Shown in pieces: positions 8,794 to 15,884 of a stretch of 44,420 nt of DNA (positions within the stretch are counted from its first letter, which is position 1; every line of letters begins with the position of its first letter). The notes beneath the pieces were generated by a model. That model was not told where the DNA came from. It made no database searches and was given only the letters and a program-made list of their open reading frames with translations. The stretch lies in the NCBI GenBank assembly GCA_025361465.1, contig JANYAG010000341.1, forward strand, positions 1 to 44,420. Direction: 5' to 3'. The stretch comes from Gemmatimonadota bacterium (GTDB taxonomy: Bacteria; Gemmatimonadota; Gemmatimonadetes; Gemmatimonadales; GWC2-71-9). A program made the position numbers and the translations under genes.

Positions 8794-10347
8794 TCAGAAT
8801 CCGAAGGGCAACGTGCCGAAGTCGGAGGTTTCGTCATCAGGAACAGCCAGGAAGCGCGTCGGATCGACGTTATCCAGTGGCTCGGGTTCCGTTTCCGCGC
8901 CTTCCTCGTCCAAGATGAAGCACATGGCGATGGCGTCGGCGAAGTCGGGCGAATCCACGCCCCGCGCTTCCATTTCTTCCTTGCGTTCGACCTGAATCCG
9001 GCCGGTCGAGGCGATCTTGTACGTTGGGGCCGTCAGGTCGGTGCGGGTTTGCTGGATGTCGGGGGAGCCATCGTCGGGCGGGAGTCGGATCGTGTCGGCC
9101 TCGAAGCGTTCTCGGAGGTGCCACCAGTGTTCCGACCTGCGATTCCCGAACAGGGCGCGGTTTTGCGCCGTGCGGCCCGAGTGAAAGCCCAGGGCGGGAT
9201 AGTCCAGCTCCACCAAGCGGTCCAAGACGCCCGCGCCAACGCCCACTTCATCGACCACGATGATCGCCGGTTCGTACTGCGTGGCCGCCACGCGGATCAG
9301 GCCGACCGTTTCCATCGTCTCCAGGCCCGACCAGGACAACAGCGCCTCAATGGCATCGCCGCGCCGCACTGCGACCACCGTGCGGTTGTGCCCTTTCCGG
9401 GCCACGTCCACCCCGAAGATGCGGGGAACACTGCGGGCCTCGGCAGCGGCCAGTGCCTTCTGCCACCGCGCCACGTCCTGCGACCGCTCCACCTGGTCCA
9501 GTGAGATCACCGACGAACCGGCTGTCCGGGGGAACTCGCCCAGCACGCGGCAGGCATAGTACGGGGACCGCTCGCCCCAGCGCGTGCGAACCTGCTCGAC
9601 CCAGCGGCGCGTCACCGCACCAGGGATGATCTCTTTGCCCGTCACCACATTGGGGTGATCGAGGCAACTCATGTGAATCCGGTGCCAACTGCCGCGCCGG
9701 AACGACTCGTAGAACGTGCCGCTGAGTTCGGTCGGGTTGCCGACCATGACGATGCAGTTCTTCTCGCCCGTCGCCAGCGACCCTATGGCCTTGTGAATGT
9801 CCTCGCCCACCCCAGGCGCTTCATCCACGATGACCAAGAGGCGAGGATGGTGCTGACCCTGAAACGCCGTCGGGTTGTCTGTGGACATCCCCAGGGCGAA
9901 CCAATCACGCGATATGCGGAGTTCCGCATTGAGGAGTTCCCCCGGCAGCTTGACACGCGCCCGGCCGTGCAAGGATGCGATCTCGCGCCACAGGACTTTC
10001 TCGACCTGGTTCCAGGTGCTTGCCGTGGTGATGACCAGCCCGTGCCGGGCGTACAACCACCAGAGCGCGAGCAGGGCCATCGCAAACGTCTTGCCCTCGC
10101 CATGCCCGGAGCGAATCGTTATCATCGCCTCGGTGATGGCCGCTTCCAGAATCTCAACCTGCTTCGACCAGAGGCCCGAGATTTCGTTCGGGAGGTCGAT
10201 GAGCGGGATGCCCAGCACTTCGTTGCAGAACTCGACCGGGTTGTTCTCGTAGACACTGAACCGCTCAGGGTCGTCGGCGACGCGTTCCGCGTGGGCCAGG
10301 GCATCGCGGATCGCGGCTTCCAGTACCGCGATGTTCTGGGCGTCCAC
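8794..10347 (-). CDS. terL: terminase large subunit
   Basis: 517 aa with Walker A-like GHGEGKT and Walker B LLVIVDEA, then a C-terminal nuclease-type region (FGVDVARKGHNRTVVAV...). GTG start. Confidence 0.9.
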   Translation of the reverse strand: MDAQNIAVLEAAIRDALAHAERVADDPERFSVYENNPVEFCNEVLGIPLIDLPNEISGLWSKQVEILEAAITEAMITIRSGHGEGKTFAMALLALWWLYARHGLVITTASTWNQVEKVLWREIASLHGRARVKLPGELLNAELRISRDWFALGMSTDNPTAFQGQHHPRLLVIVDEAPGVGEDIHKAIGSLATGEKNCIVMVGNPTELSGTFYESFRRGSWHRIHMSCLDHPNVVTGKEIIPGAVTRRWVEQVRTRWGERSPYYACRVLGEFPRTAGSSVISLDQVERSQDVARWQKALAAAEARSVPRIFGVDVARKGHNRTVVAVRRGDAIEALLSWSGLETMETVGLIRVAATQYEPAIIVVDEVGVGAGVLDRLVELDYPALGFHSGRTAQNRALFGNRRSEHWWHLRERFEADTIRLPPDDGSPDIQQTRTDLTAPTYKIASTGRIQVERKEEMEARGVDSPDFADAIAMCFILDEEGAETEPEPLDNVDPTRFLAVPDDETSDFGTLPFGF

Positions 10348-10353
10348 CGCTAC

Positions 10354-10554
10354 CTACTGGACAGCAGGTTCAGCGGGCTTGCCACCGGTGCCGAAGATCG
10401 AATGCGAAAGCAGGGTAATCAGCCCGGCCACGCCGATCACGGCCCCGGCGGGCTTGGTGCCAATGGCGGCGGCGAGTTGCATGAAATCGAGGCCCGCGAC
10501 GAACGTGATCACGGACGAGATGACGCCCATCCACTTCGGGAACGAGAACTTCAT
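10354..10554 (-). CDS. small membrane protein with two TM helices (66 aa)
   Basis: Two hydrophobic segments, WMGVISSVITFVAGL and AVIGVAGLITLL. ATGA overlap with the upstream gene. Confidence 0.55.
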   Translation of the reverse strand: MKFSFPKWMGVISSVITFVAGLDFMQLAAAIGTKPAGAVIGVAGLITLLSHSIFGTGGKPAEPAVQ

Positions 10555-10733
10555 GTGGGGGATGCCTTGGATGCGGGGGGAAGTGCGCTGAACACGGCGT
10601 CAGCGGTCGCCTGGTCGATCTCGCGCTCAGGTTTCTTGCGCGGTTTCTTCTTGGGGAAGGCCAACTCCCAACCCAATCGGTAGGCGTCGGTCGCGGGCTT
10701 GGAGGCAAAGGGTTCGGCCCCGAGGTACTTCAT
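10551..10733 (-). CDS. hypothetical small basic protein (60 aa)
   Basis: ATG 10733 lies in an ATGA overlap with the upstream stop. The track start at 10952 would overlap two genes. Confidence 0.4.
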   Translation of the reverse strand: MKYLGAEPFASKPATDAYRLGWELAFPKKKPRKKPEREIDQATADAVFSALPPASKASPT

Positions 10734-10945
10734 GCGTCTCCCCGGCGGCGGAGTTGATCGCGGAGGCGCCGCACGATCTCCGGCTTGCCCCGCTCCAGCT
10801 CCATCGCTGACACCAATCGCACGATGTCGCCACAACTCTCGCAGCGCACGTTGTAGATGTTCATGTCGGGTTTCGGTTCCAGTTCCACGAACCGGGGACA
10901 GCCACAGCGCAGACAGTCGAGCTGGACCGGCGGCTCGTCGCTCAC
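10730..10945 (-). CDS. zinc-ribbon protein (71 aa)
   Basis: GTG 10945 lies in a GTGA overlap with the upstream stop. CLRCGC...CESCG gives two CxxC pairs. Confidence 0.45.
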   Translation of the reverse strand: MSDEPPVQLDCLRCGCPRFVELEPKPDMNIYNVRCESCGDIVRLVSAMELERGKPEIVRRLRDQLRRRGDA

Positions 10946-11043
10946 TTGCCAATGAGCAGCAGCGGCGGGGGCGGCGGCGGGCCGAAGATCAGCATCGCGG
11001 CGAGGTACGTCGCCGCCAAGAGGGCCAGGAGGTCGAGGATCAC
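10942..11043 (-). CDS. possible 33-aa single-TM mini-protein
   Basis: GTG 11043 lies in a GTGA overlap with the stop of 11040..11453. It encodes VILDLLALLAATYLAAMLIFGPPPPPPLLLIGK and fills an otherwise unexplained gap. Confidence 0.3.
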   Translation of the reverse strand: MILDLLALLAATYLAAMLIFGPPPPPPLLLIGK

Positions 11044-11453
11044 GGGCGACTGAAATGGTGCAGGTAGCCAAACTCCATGATGCCCCAGCAGCTCGCCAGC
11101 ACCACCCGCGCCCAGCCACGGGTCCGAATCAGGATCGGCGCGATCAAGCTGGCCCAGCCATCGGCCAAGCGGTCGCGCCAACTGTCCGGTTGATTCCACG
11201 CGCCGGGATACAGGGTTTCGAGCCGGACGGTCGCCACCACCATCGGGGCCACCACGCTCACGCCGGTTGCCACGTTCGGGGAGAGCTTCACCAGCCGGGC
11301 GCCCGCGTAGACCATCCCGGTCACGACCGGCTTGGTGGCGAGGTGGACCCAGTGATCGTCCATGATGACGGACTGGAGACTCTGCCCGTGCAGTGGGGCG
11401 GCCCAGCACAGGAGGCCCAGGACCAGCACCAGCCGCCTCACTTGGCCGTCCAC
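11040..11453 (-). CDS. secreted/membrane protein (137 aa)
   Basis: Signal-peptide-like N-terminus (RRLVLVLGLLCWAAPLHG) and a hydrophobic C-terminal segment. Confidence 0.5.
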   Translation of the reverse strand: MDGQVRRLVLVLGLLCWAAPLHGQSLQSVIMDDHWVHLATKPVVTGMVYAGARLVKLSPNVATGVSVVAPMVVATVRLETLYPGAWNQPDSWRDRLADGWASLIAPILIRTRGWARVVLASCWGIMEFGYLHHFSRP

Positions 11454-11695
11454 AACAGCGCGTGCTGCGCCACTTCAGTCAGGCGACCTTGCAGTGAGCG
11501 ACGGCGCAACACCTTCACGCCCCGTCGGTATTCGCCGCCAATCAGCGTGAGATATTCCCCCGGATCGCACGACCGCCATTCCCCATCAAGCGGCCCATCG
11601 AAGCACTCCAGCATGAAGGGGTCCGTGGCGAGGTGGGCCAGGGCCGGTGAGACGGCGGCCATCACGTCTCGACCACCGGGCGCGGCATAAGCCAC
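11438..11695 (-). CDS. hypothetical protein (85 aa)
   Basis: Intact ORF inside the chain of small genes. Confidence 0.45.
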   Translation of the reverse strand: MAYAAPGGRDVMAAVSPALAHLATDPFMLECFDGPLDGEWRSCDPGEYLTLIGGEYRRGVKVLRRRSLQGRLTEVAQHALLWTAK

Positions 11696-11916
11696 GGCTT
11701 GACATACTGGCGATTGGGCGGCGCAACCGCTAACGGACTGGCGACCACATCCCCCTTGAACGGCGACGGCTTGGGCGGGACCATCTCGATCACCGGCCCA
11801 AACGGGTTCTTCTTCACGGCGCCACAGTCGAGGCAGGCCGGAGCGCCGGTCGGGAAGATCGACTCGGCCACCGGGCCGCCGCAGAGTCCACAGGTGCCGA
11901 GGACCGGGGCACTCAT
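11662..11916 (-). CDS. zinc-ribbon protein (84 aa)
   Basis: CGLCGG...CLDCG gives two CxxC pairs near the N-terminus. Confidence 0.5.
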   Translation of the reverse strand: MSAPVLGTCGLCGGPVAESIFPTGAPACLDCGAVKKNPFGPVIEMVPPKPSPFKGDVVASPLAVAPPNRQYVKPWLMPRPVVET

Positions 11917-12395
11917 GCTCGCGTGACCGTGACCTTCGCCGGATGGCCGCCCACCAACTCCACCGTCAGGGTGTCACCCCGGTAGACCTCGAACGTCAGG
12001 CGGCCGACCTCGACACAGGTGACATAGGGCGGGCCGAGCGGCGGCTTGACCACGGGTTGCCCACTGGGTTGCTTCTCCAGCGCGTGCAGCGCCATGAGGT
12101 GCCGGAGGACCGGGGCGGGCACCATGTCGTGCAGGGCATTGTACCGCCTGAACCCCAGGTCGCCGTCGTCCCATATTGACACCGTGGCGACGTGCTTCCT
12201 CGCCTCGAAGTGGCGGGCTTCCCACCACGCGATGTCGCGGGTCGGGGGCGTCCAGTTCGTCGGCCAATCGGTCGGCAGCGGCAACGTCGGCATAGTTCTC
12301 CGGTGTGGAAGGTCGGGGTTGGGCGCCGCATCCGACGGGACACGCTCAGACTTGGCAGACTCCCAGCGGGCACGACGCCCCCCGACCAGATTCAT
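11913..12395 (-). CDS. hypothetical protein (160 aa; an alternative start at ATG 12293 gives 126 aa)
   Basis: ATG 12395 lies about 18 nt downstream of a predicted promoter. ATG 12293 has a better SD (ccacaccGGAGAact). Confidence 0.5.
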   Translation of the reverse strand: MNLVGGRRARWESAKSERVPSDAAPNPDLPHRRTMPTLPLPTDWPTNWTPPTRDIAWWEARHFEARKHVATVSIWDDGDLGFRRYNALHDMVPAPVLRHLMALHALEKQPSGQPVVKPPLGPPYVTCVEVGRLTFEVYRGDTLTVELVGGHPAKVTVTRA

Positions 12396-12419
12396 CCTAC
12401 TGAACTATTTACTACAATG

Positions 12420-12447
12420 AACTTAAGGGTGAACCTGGAGAAGTCAA
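12420..12447 (-). promoter_or_regulatory. sigma70-like promoter, TTGACT-N16-TAAGTT
   Basis: On the minus strand the -35 TTGACT is at 12447-12442 and the -10 TAAGTT at 12425-12420, upstream of the gene starting at 12395. Confidence 0.4.
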
Positions 12448-12533
12448 GGGGGTGGGAACGCATATGAAAGGAGGGCGACCAGGGAACCGATTATGGGAAA
12501 ATGATAGGAGCAAAAGAGGAGGGTATTCGTACA

Positions 12534-12570
12534 GGGGGGCGGGGTCGAACCGGGTCATCCCCCACCCCCC
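12534..12570 (-). other. GC-rich 11-bp hairpin with GGTTCGA in its loop, a minihelix-like element
   Basis: The stem pairs GGGGGG(C)GGGG with CCCC(A)CCCCCC. The internal mismatch becomes a G-U pair only in the minus-sense RNA. It lies in the gap downstream of terS. Confidence 0.4.
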
Positions 12571-12610
12571 GGCCGGGCGCGGCGCACGTTCCTACCCTTT
12601 CTGCCCCGTC

Positions 12611-12634
12611 CGTGTCGCCTGTCGTGTCGCCTGT
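12611..12634. repeat. 2 x 12-nt perfect tandem repeat CGTGTCGCCTGT (minus sense ACAGGCGACACG)
   Basis: Read directly from the sequence. It abuts two TT(T/A)GCAGTG motifs at 12635-12654. Confidence 0.9.
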
Positions 12635-12716
12635 CACTGCTAACCCACTGCAAAAGGCAGGCAGGACGTGGCTTACAGCACGTTCACCCCAGCATCTGTA
12701 ATGCCGTTCTATCCTG

Positions 12717-13352
12717 TTATGTACTGCTAGTACTGCGCTCCGGGTCGCCGGGTACCACCTCCCAGTCGGATTCCGGCAGCGTCGCAAGAGCAAGAGAGGA
12801 AACCTCCCCTTCCTTCCTTCCTCCCGTTGCGCCTCCTGTCTCCTGTCCCTGTCCTGTCTTGCTCCCCAATGCCCCGCCAGCGGCCGCCACGGGGTCTAGG
12901 GATCGTTCGGACTGTCGCAGTGATGCAGTCACTACCCCCATGATGTCTGGGCGCTCCTGAGCGATCCAGCGGCGGACCGATGGATCACTTAGCGCGGCCA
13001 GCAGCGAGCGGGATAGTGCCTCAGCGGTTGCCCAAGCTTTGCTGTTGTCACTGCTGCCACCCTCAGCAGTAGAGACGCCTCCATACTTGGCCAGCGTGTC
13101 GAGTGCTGCCACCCGATCACGGGCCGATGGCGTGAACACAGTGGTTCCCTTGGGGCCGGTGGTGTACGTCTCAATCGTCCCGTCGGCGATGGCCTCCAGG
13201 ACGTGAATCCGACTAAAGAACGAGTCTTTGCATCGAGCCCGGATGATATCGGCGGTCAGGTTCGGCGCCGTCAACTGGCGCGGCAACGTGGCGACCGCTT
13301 TGCCGCCTTTGCGAGTCGGCTTGTCTTTGCCAGTGAAACGGGCGTGCGGCAT
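12717..13352 (-). CDS. terS: putative terminase small subunit
   Basis: 211 aa from ATG 13352. It has a basic N-terminus and a segment ...PSARDRVAALDTLAKYGG... that resembles the conserved helix of small terminases. It is the first gene of the leftward packaging operon and sits next to a repeat array. Confidence 0.5.
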   Translation of the reverse strand: MPHARFTGKDKPTRKGGKAVATLPRQLTAPNLTADIIRARCKDSFFSRIHVLEAIADGTIETYTTGPKGTTVFTPSARDRVAALDTLAKYGGVSTAEGGSSDNSKAWATAEALSRSLLAALSDPSVRRWIAQERPDIMGVVTASLRQSERSLDPVAAAGGALGSKTGQGQETGGATGGRKEGEVSSLALATLPESDWEVVPGDPERSTSST

Positions 13353-13368
13353 AGGTTCCAGTGATTTG

Positions 13369-13459
13369 AGTATGGAGAGTATGGAGAGTATGGTTGGATG
13401 TTGAGGTGGGTGATGAATCAATACCTCATACTGATCATACTACCCATAGTCACCATACT
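13369..13459. repeat. 9-bp-phased hexamer array: 3 x AGTATG (13369, 13378, 13387) facing 4 x CATACT/CATAGT (13427, 13436, 13445, 13454)
   Basis: Read directly. The two blocks are inverted relative to each other around about 13410, immediately upstream of the terS start. Confidence 0.85.
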
Positions 13460-13766
13460 CACGAGAGTAGGGGCAGGATTCCGGGGGACCAGCAACAGCA
13501 ACAGCAACTACGCTTCCCAGCGGTCGCTGCGCTCCCTCGGGGTCGTCGGGAACCGCACCCGACTCCCTGCGGCGGCTTGTGGTAGCTGCTCGGGTTGACC
13601 GGGGTGATCTATGGACTGGAGTGATGTATTGAAGGGGGGTTATAGGGGGGAACTTATAATGGTCGGAAACGCTTGTCAAGGGGTCTCCGAGTCATATGCA
13701 TAAGTCATTGCGGCGGCACCACTTGGAACATTACAAAAACTGTGGATAAGATACATTGGGGGTTGG

Positions 13767-13825
13767 ACGTTCCAAAACGTTCCACATTGCGGGCTAAGCC
13801 GTTCACTGTACTGACTTGTTCACTG
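13767..13825 (+). promoter_or_regulatory. two pairs of direct repeats upstream of and abutting the -35: ACGTTCCA x2 and GTTCACTG x2
   Basis: ACGTTCCA sits at 13767 and 13777 (10-bp spacing). GTTCACTG sits at 13801 and 13818 (17-bp spacing), and the second copy ends 4 nt before the -35 TTGACA. Confidence 0.4.
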
Positions 13826-13829
13826 GGGC

Positions 13830-13858
13830 TTGACAGATTGGGGCGCGGGTGCTAATAT
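13830..13858 (+). promoter_or_regulatory. near-consensus sigma70 promoter, TTGACA-N17-TAATAT, for the rightward operon
   Basis: TTGACA is at 13830-13835 and TAATAT at 13853-13858, with an exact 17-nt spacer. All downstream genes to 18424 are on the + strand. Confidence 0.7.
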
Positions 13859-13970
13859 CCCTGCACAACGTAGGGTAGGGCAGCACAGCCAGCTCATTGA
13901 TAACCGGGATGGATTCGCGGACGGCGCAAGCAAGGCGACGGCAACCATTCCCCTCACAATCGTCCAGGTG

Positions 13971-14047
13971 AGAAGCCTTAGCGACGATAGACCCCACCCG
14001 GCAAGATGTTGGCTTGCGTGGTTCCGGTTCGATTCCGGCGGCTTGGA
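13971..14047 (+). ncRNA. tRNA-like element E1 in the operon leader
   Basis: 5-bp stem with a 7-nt loop (gcaag-ATGTTGG-cttgc, 14001-14017), a T arm (tccgg-TTCGATT-ccggc) and a 5/7-bp outer stem (aagcc/ggctt). There is no D stem. Confidence 0.5.
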
Positions 14048-14087
14048 TTTGCAGCACACCACACAACCTCAACCGGAGTACCCGACA

Positions 14088-14279
14088 ATGACCAAGCACA
14101 TCACGATTACCATCGACACCGACAATGCCGCGTTTATGGACGGGAACGAGGGGCCGGAAGTCGCCCGTATCCTGCACCGGCTGGCGACGGTCTGCGAGGA
14201 CGGCGTCGGGTGGTTTCGGCTTGCCCTGCGCGACAGCAACGGAAACACGGTTGGCTTTGTGGACATTGAAGAGCGCTAA
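14088..14279 (+). CDS. hypothetical protein (63 aa)
   Basis: ATG 14088 follows a CA tract and GGAG. The track start at 13830 is the TTG of the promoter -35. Confidence 0.6.
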   Translation: MTKHITITIDTDNAAFMDGNEGPEVARILHRLATVCEDGVGWFRLALRDSNGNTVGFVDIEER

Positions 14280-14299
14280 CTGGCCGACCCGGATTGGAT

Positions 14300-14329
14300 A
14301 CGTCAGAAGCCCGCTCACGTTTCTGACGT
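14300..14329 (+). other. perfect 9-bp stem hairpin (ACGTCAGAA / TTCTGACGT, 12-nt loop)
   Basis: Read directly. It starts 20 nt after the stop of the 63-aa gene and has no U tract. Confidence 0.6.
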
Positions 14330-14359
14330 TCCAGCCAGAGACACCGAGCAGTAGACTAA

Positions 14360-14398
14360 GGCCGTCCGGACAGGTGGGGTTCAACTCCCCACCGGCCA
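14360..14398 (+). ncRNA. tRNA-like minihelix E2
   Basis: ggccg-tccggacag-gtgggg-TTCAACT-ccccac-cggcc-a, followed directly by TTGCAGG and a CA tract. Confidence 0.55.
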
Positions 14399-14443
14399 TT
14401 GCAGGACACCACACCACACTCCCCAACACCAGTGAGGCGCAAC

Positions 14444-15787
14444 GTGGACACGGTTACGGTTACGGAACCCGTCGCAGTGGCAGACAAGAAAGCGGCACGC
14501 GGCAAGTCATTCGGCAGTGGGTTCAATCCCGGCCGGTATCGCCCCACCAAGCGCACCGAACTGGCACCACAGGAAGAGGCCGCCGCTTTCACCCGACACG
14601 CGGATTGCGGCGGCCTCTTTAAACAGAGCGATGGCCGATACAGTGTCTATGTCCAGTGTGACAAATGCGGCGGATTCATCGACCCCAACAAGTCCACCGA
14701 CAGCTACACGGAAGATGGGATCCTCTACACCCGGCAGGACGAAATGGCGGCCCCGGTGGTGGTGACAGGCGCCAAGGCAAAGCCAGTTTTTGGTGTCAAG
14801 CCAGTGCCGGTTAGCAGTGGCGACACCGACGCCCTAGCGACCATCCGGGCGCTGTTGGGTGGTGCGGTGGATGAAGCGCAAGTTCGGAAGGTCGCGGCTG
14901 AGGTCGTTGCGGACTCCTTCGGCAGTATCGCGGAAGCCGTGCGGGAGGCGTTCGACAAATCAGGCGCTCTGCGGAAGGTCATCGAAATCCGGCAGCAAGA
15001 CGGGCCAGTGGTGACGCTGGAGGAGCATACGCACACCTCGTTCGAGTCTGTCCTTAAGACGGCGGGCTACCGTCGCCCGTTGCCCGGCACCGACCGCACC
15101 ACCCGGTTCAACATCATGTTGGTCGGTCCCAAGGGATGCGGTAAGACGCACCTAGCCCATCAGGTCGCCAAGGCGCTTGGTTTGCGGTACGGGGCGCTGT
15201 CGTGCGGCGCCGGGACCACTGACGGTGAGATTATCGGCCGCGTGATTCCGAACCTCACTGGCGGCACTGCAAACCTGCAAACGTCGCTGTTTCTTGATTT
15301 CTTCGAGCACGGTGGGGTGTTCCTGTTGGATGAACTGGACGCCCTGAATCCGACGACGGCGCTACGGCTGAACATGGCGCTGGAAAATGGCCGGATGTTC
15401 GATGCACTGGGACGCGAAGTCCAGCGCCACGCTGACTTTTTGGTGTTGGCTGGCTTGAATACGTGGGGGCATGGCGCTTCCCGTGAGTACTGCGGCCGGG
15501 AAATGCAGGACTCGGCGCTGCTGGATCGGTTCGCTGGCGCTGAGTTTGATTTTGGCTATGACGAAAAGCTCGAAGCATTTCTCTGCCCGGATGCCGGGCT
15601 GTTGGCAAAGCTTTGGGGGATGCGGAAGCGGGCAGTGGAGTTGAAGATGGTCCGGCGCATCGTCTCGACCCGGCGCATTGTGGCGGCCTATGAACTGGTG
15701 GCCGGGATGGGGATGACGCATAAGGAAGCCATTGATCGAGTCACGGCCGGATGGCCGGAGGCCGACAAGACGGCCGTGTTGCGGTAA
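14444..15787 (+). CDS. AAA+ ATPase (MoxR/CobS-like, AAA_5-type) with an N-terminal zinc ribbon
   Basis: GTG 14444 lies 6 nt after GAGG. Walker A GPKGCGKT, Walker B VFLLDELD, and sensor/arginine region ...DSALLDRFAG. The N-terminus has H..C...C..C (HADCGG...QCDKCGG). Confidence 0.8.
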   Translation: MDTVTVTEPVAVADKKAARGKSFGSGFNPGRYRPTKRTELAPQEEAAAFTRHADCGGLFKQSDGRYSVYVQCDKCGGFIDPNKSTDSYTEDGILYTRQDEMAAPVVVTGAKAKPVFGVKPVPVSSGDTDALATIRALLGGAVDEAQVRKVAAEVVADSFGSIAEAVREAFDKSGALRKVIEIRQQDGPVVTLEEHTHTSFESVLKTAGYRRPLPGTDRTTRFNIMLVGPKGCGKTHLAHQVAKALGLRYGALSCGAGTTDGEIIGRVIPNLTGGTANLQTSLFLDFFEHGGVFLLDELDALNPTTALRLNMALENGRMFDALGREVQRHADFLVLAGLNTWGHGASREYCGREMQDSALLDRFAGAEFDFGYDEKLEAFLCPDAGLLAKLWGMRKRAVELKMVRRIVSTRRIVAAYELVAGMGMTHKEAIDRVTAGWPEADKTAVLR

Positions 15788-15793
15788 GAGGTC

Positions 15794-15834
15794 GCCAGTC
15801 GCGGAGGTGGCCGGGTTCAACTCCCGGCGCTGGC
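15794..15834 (+). ncRNA. tRNA-like minihelix E3
   Basis: gccag(t)cg-cggaggtgg-ccggg-TTCAACT-cccgg-cgctggc. It begins 6 nt after the TAA of the ATPase gene and is followed by TTGCACC and a CA tract. Confidence 0.55.
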
Positions 15835-15884
15835 TTGCACCACACCACACTACACCAAGGGGGTTTGCAGTGATTACGGAACAC

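Noticed and set aside
12466-12523. Two strong SD-like strings on the + strand, GAAAGGAGGG (12466-12475) and AAAAGAGGAGGG (12512-23). In minus sense these are CCCUCCUUUC-type mimics of the 16S rRNA 3' tail.
   Set aside because: No start codon follows either string at a usable distance on the + strand. A single 9-10-mer match is within chance expectation for this window. It is noted only as a curiosity of the terS-downstream gap.
13906-14047. Possible tmRNA. GGGATGGATTCGCGGACGG (13906-13924) and ACGGGATTTGC (17116-17126) resemble the GGAUUCGACGGGAUUUGCG 5' region of tmRNA, and the GGTTCAACTCCC elements resemble the tmRNA 3' end.
   Set aside because: No 5' strand pairs with the E1 3' acceptor strand from that position. 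I found no resume codon or tag ORF ending in a hydrophobic ..AA-stop, and no pseudoknot-sized body. The resemblance is limited to tRNA-like-domain consensus strings.
13971-14047. E1 read as a functional tRNA-Asn, with loop ATGTTGG giving anticodon GTT.
   Set aside because: The 23 nt between the acceptor and the stem-loop form no D stem. The top two acceptor pairs are mismatched, and loop positions 32, 37 and 38 are atypical. I treat it as tRNA-like, not as a decoding tRNA.
14519-14530. GGGTTCAATCCC, a T-loop-like string inside the ATPase coding sequence.
   Set aside because: It is flanked by only 3-bp complementarity, has no enclosing outer stem, and lies in a well-supported coding frame (..GSGFNPGRY..). 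It is probably coincidental.
15854-15869. The TTGCA of the TT(T/A)GCAGTG motif as the -12 element of sigma54 promoters.
   Set aside because: The required GG of a TGGCAC -24 element is absent at the proper spacing in the copies I checked. For example, 15854-15859 is ACCAAG.
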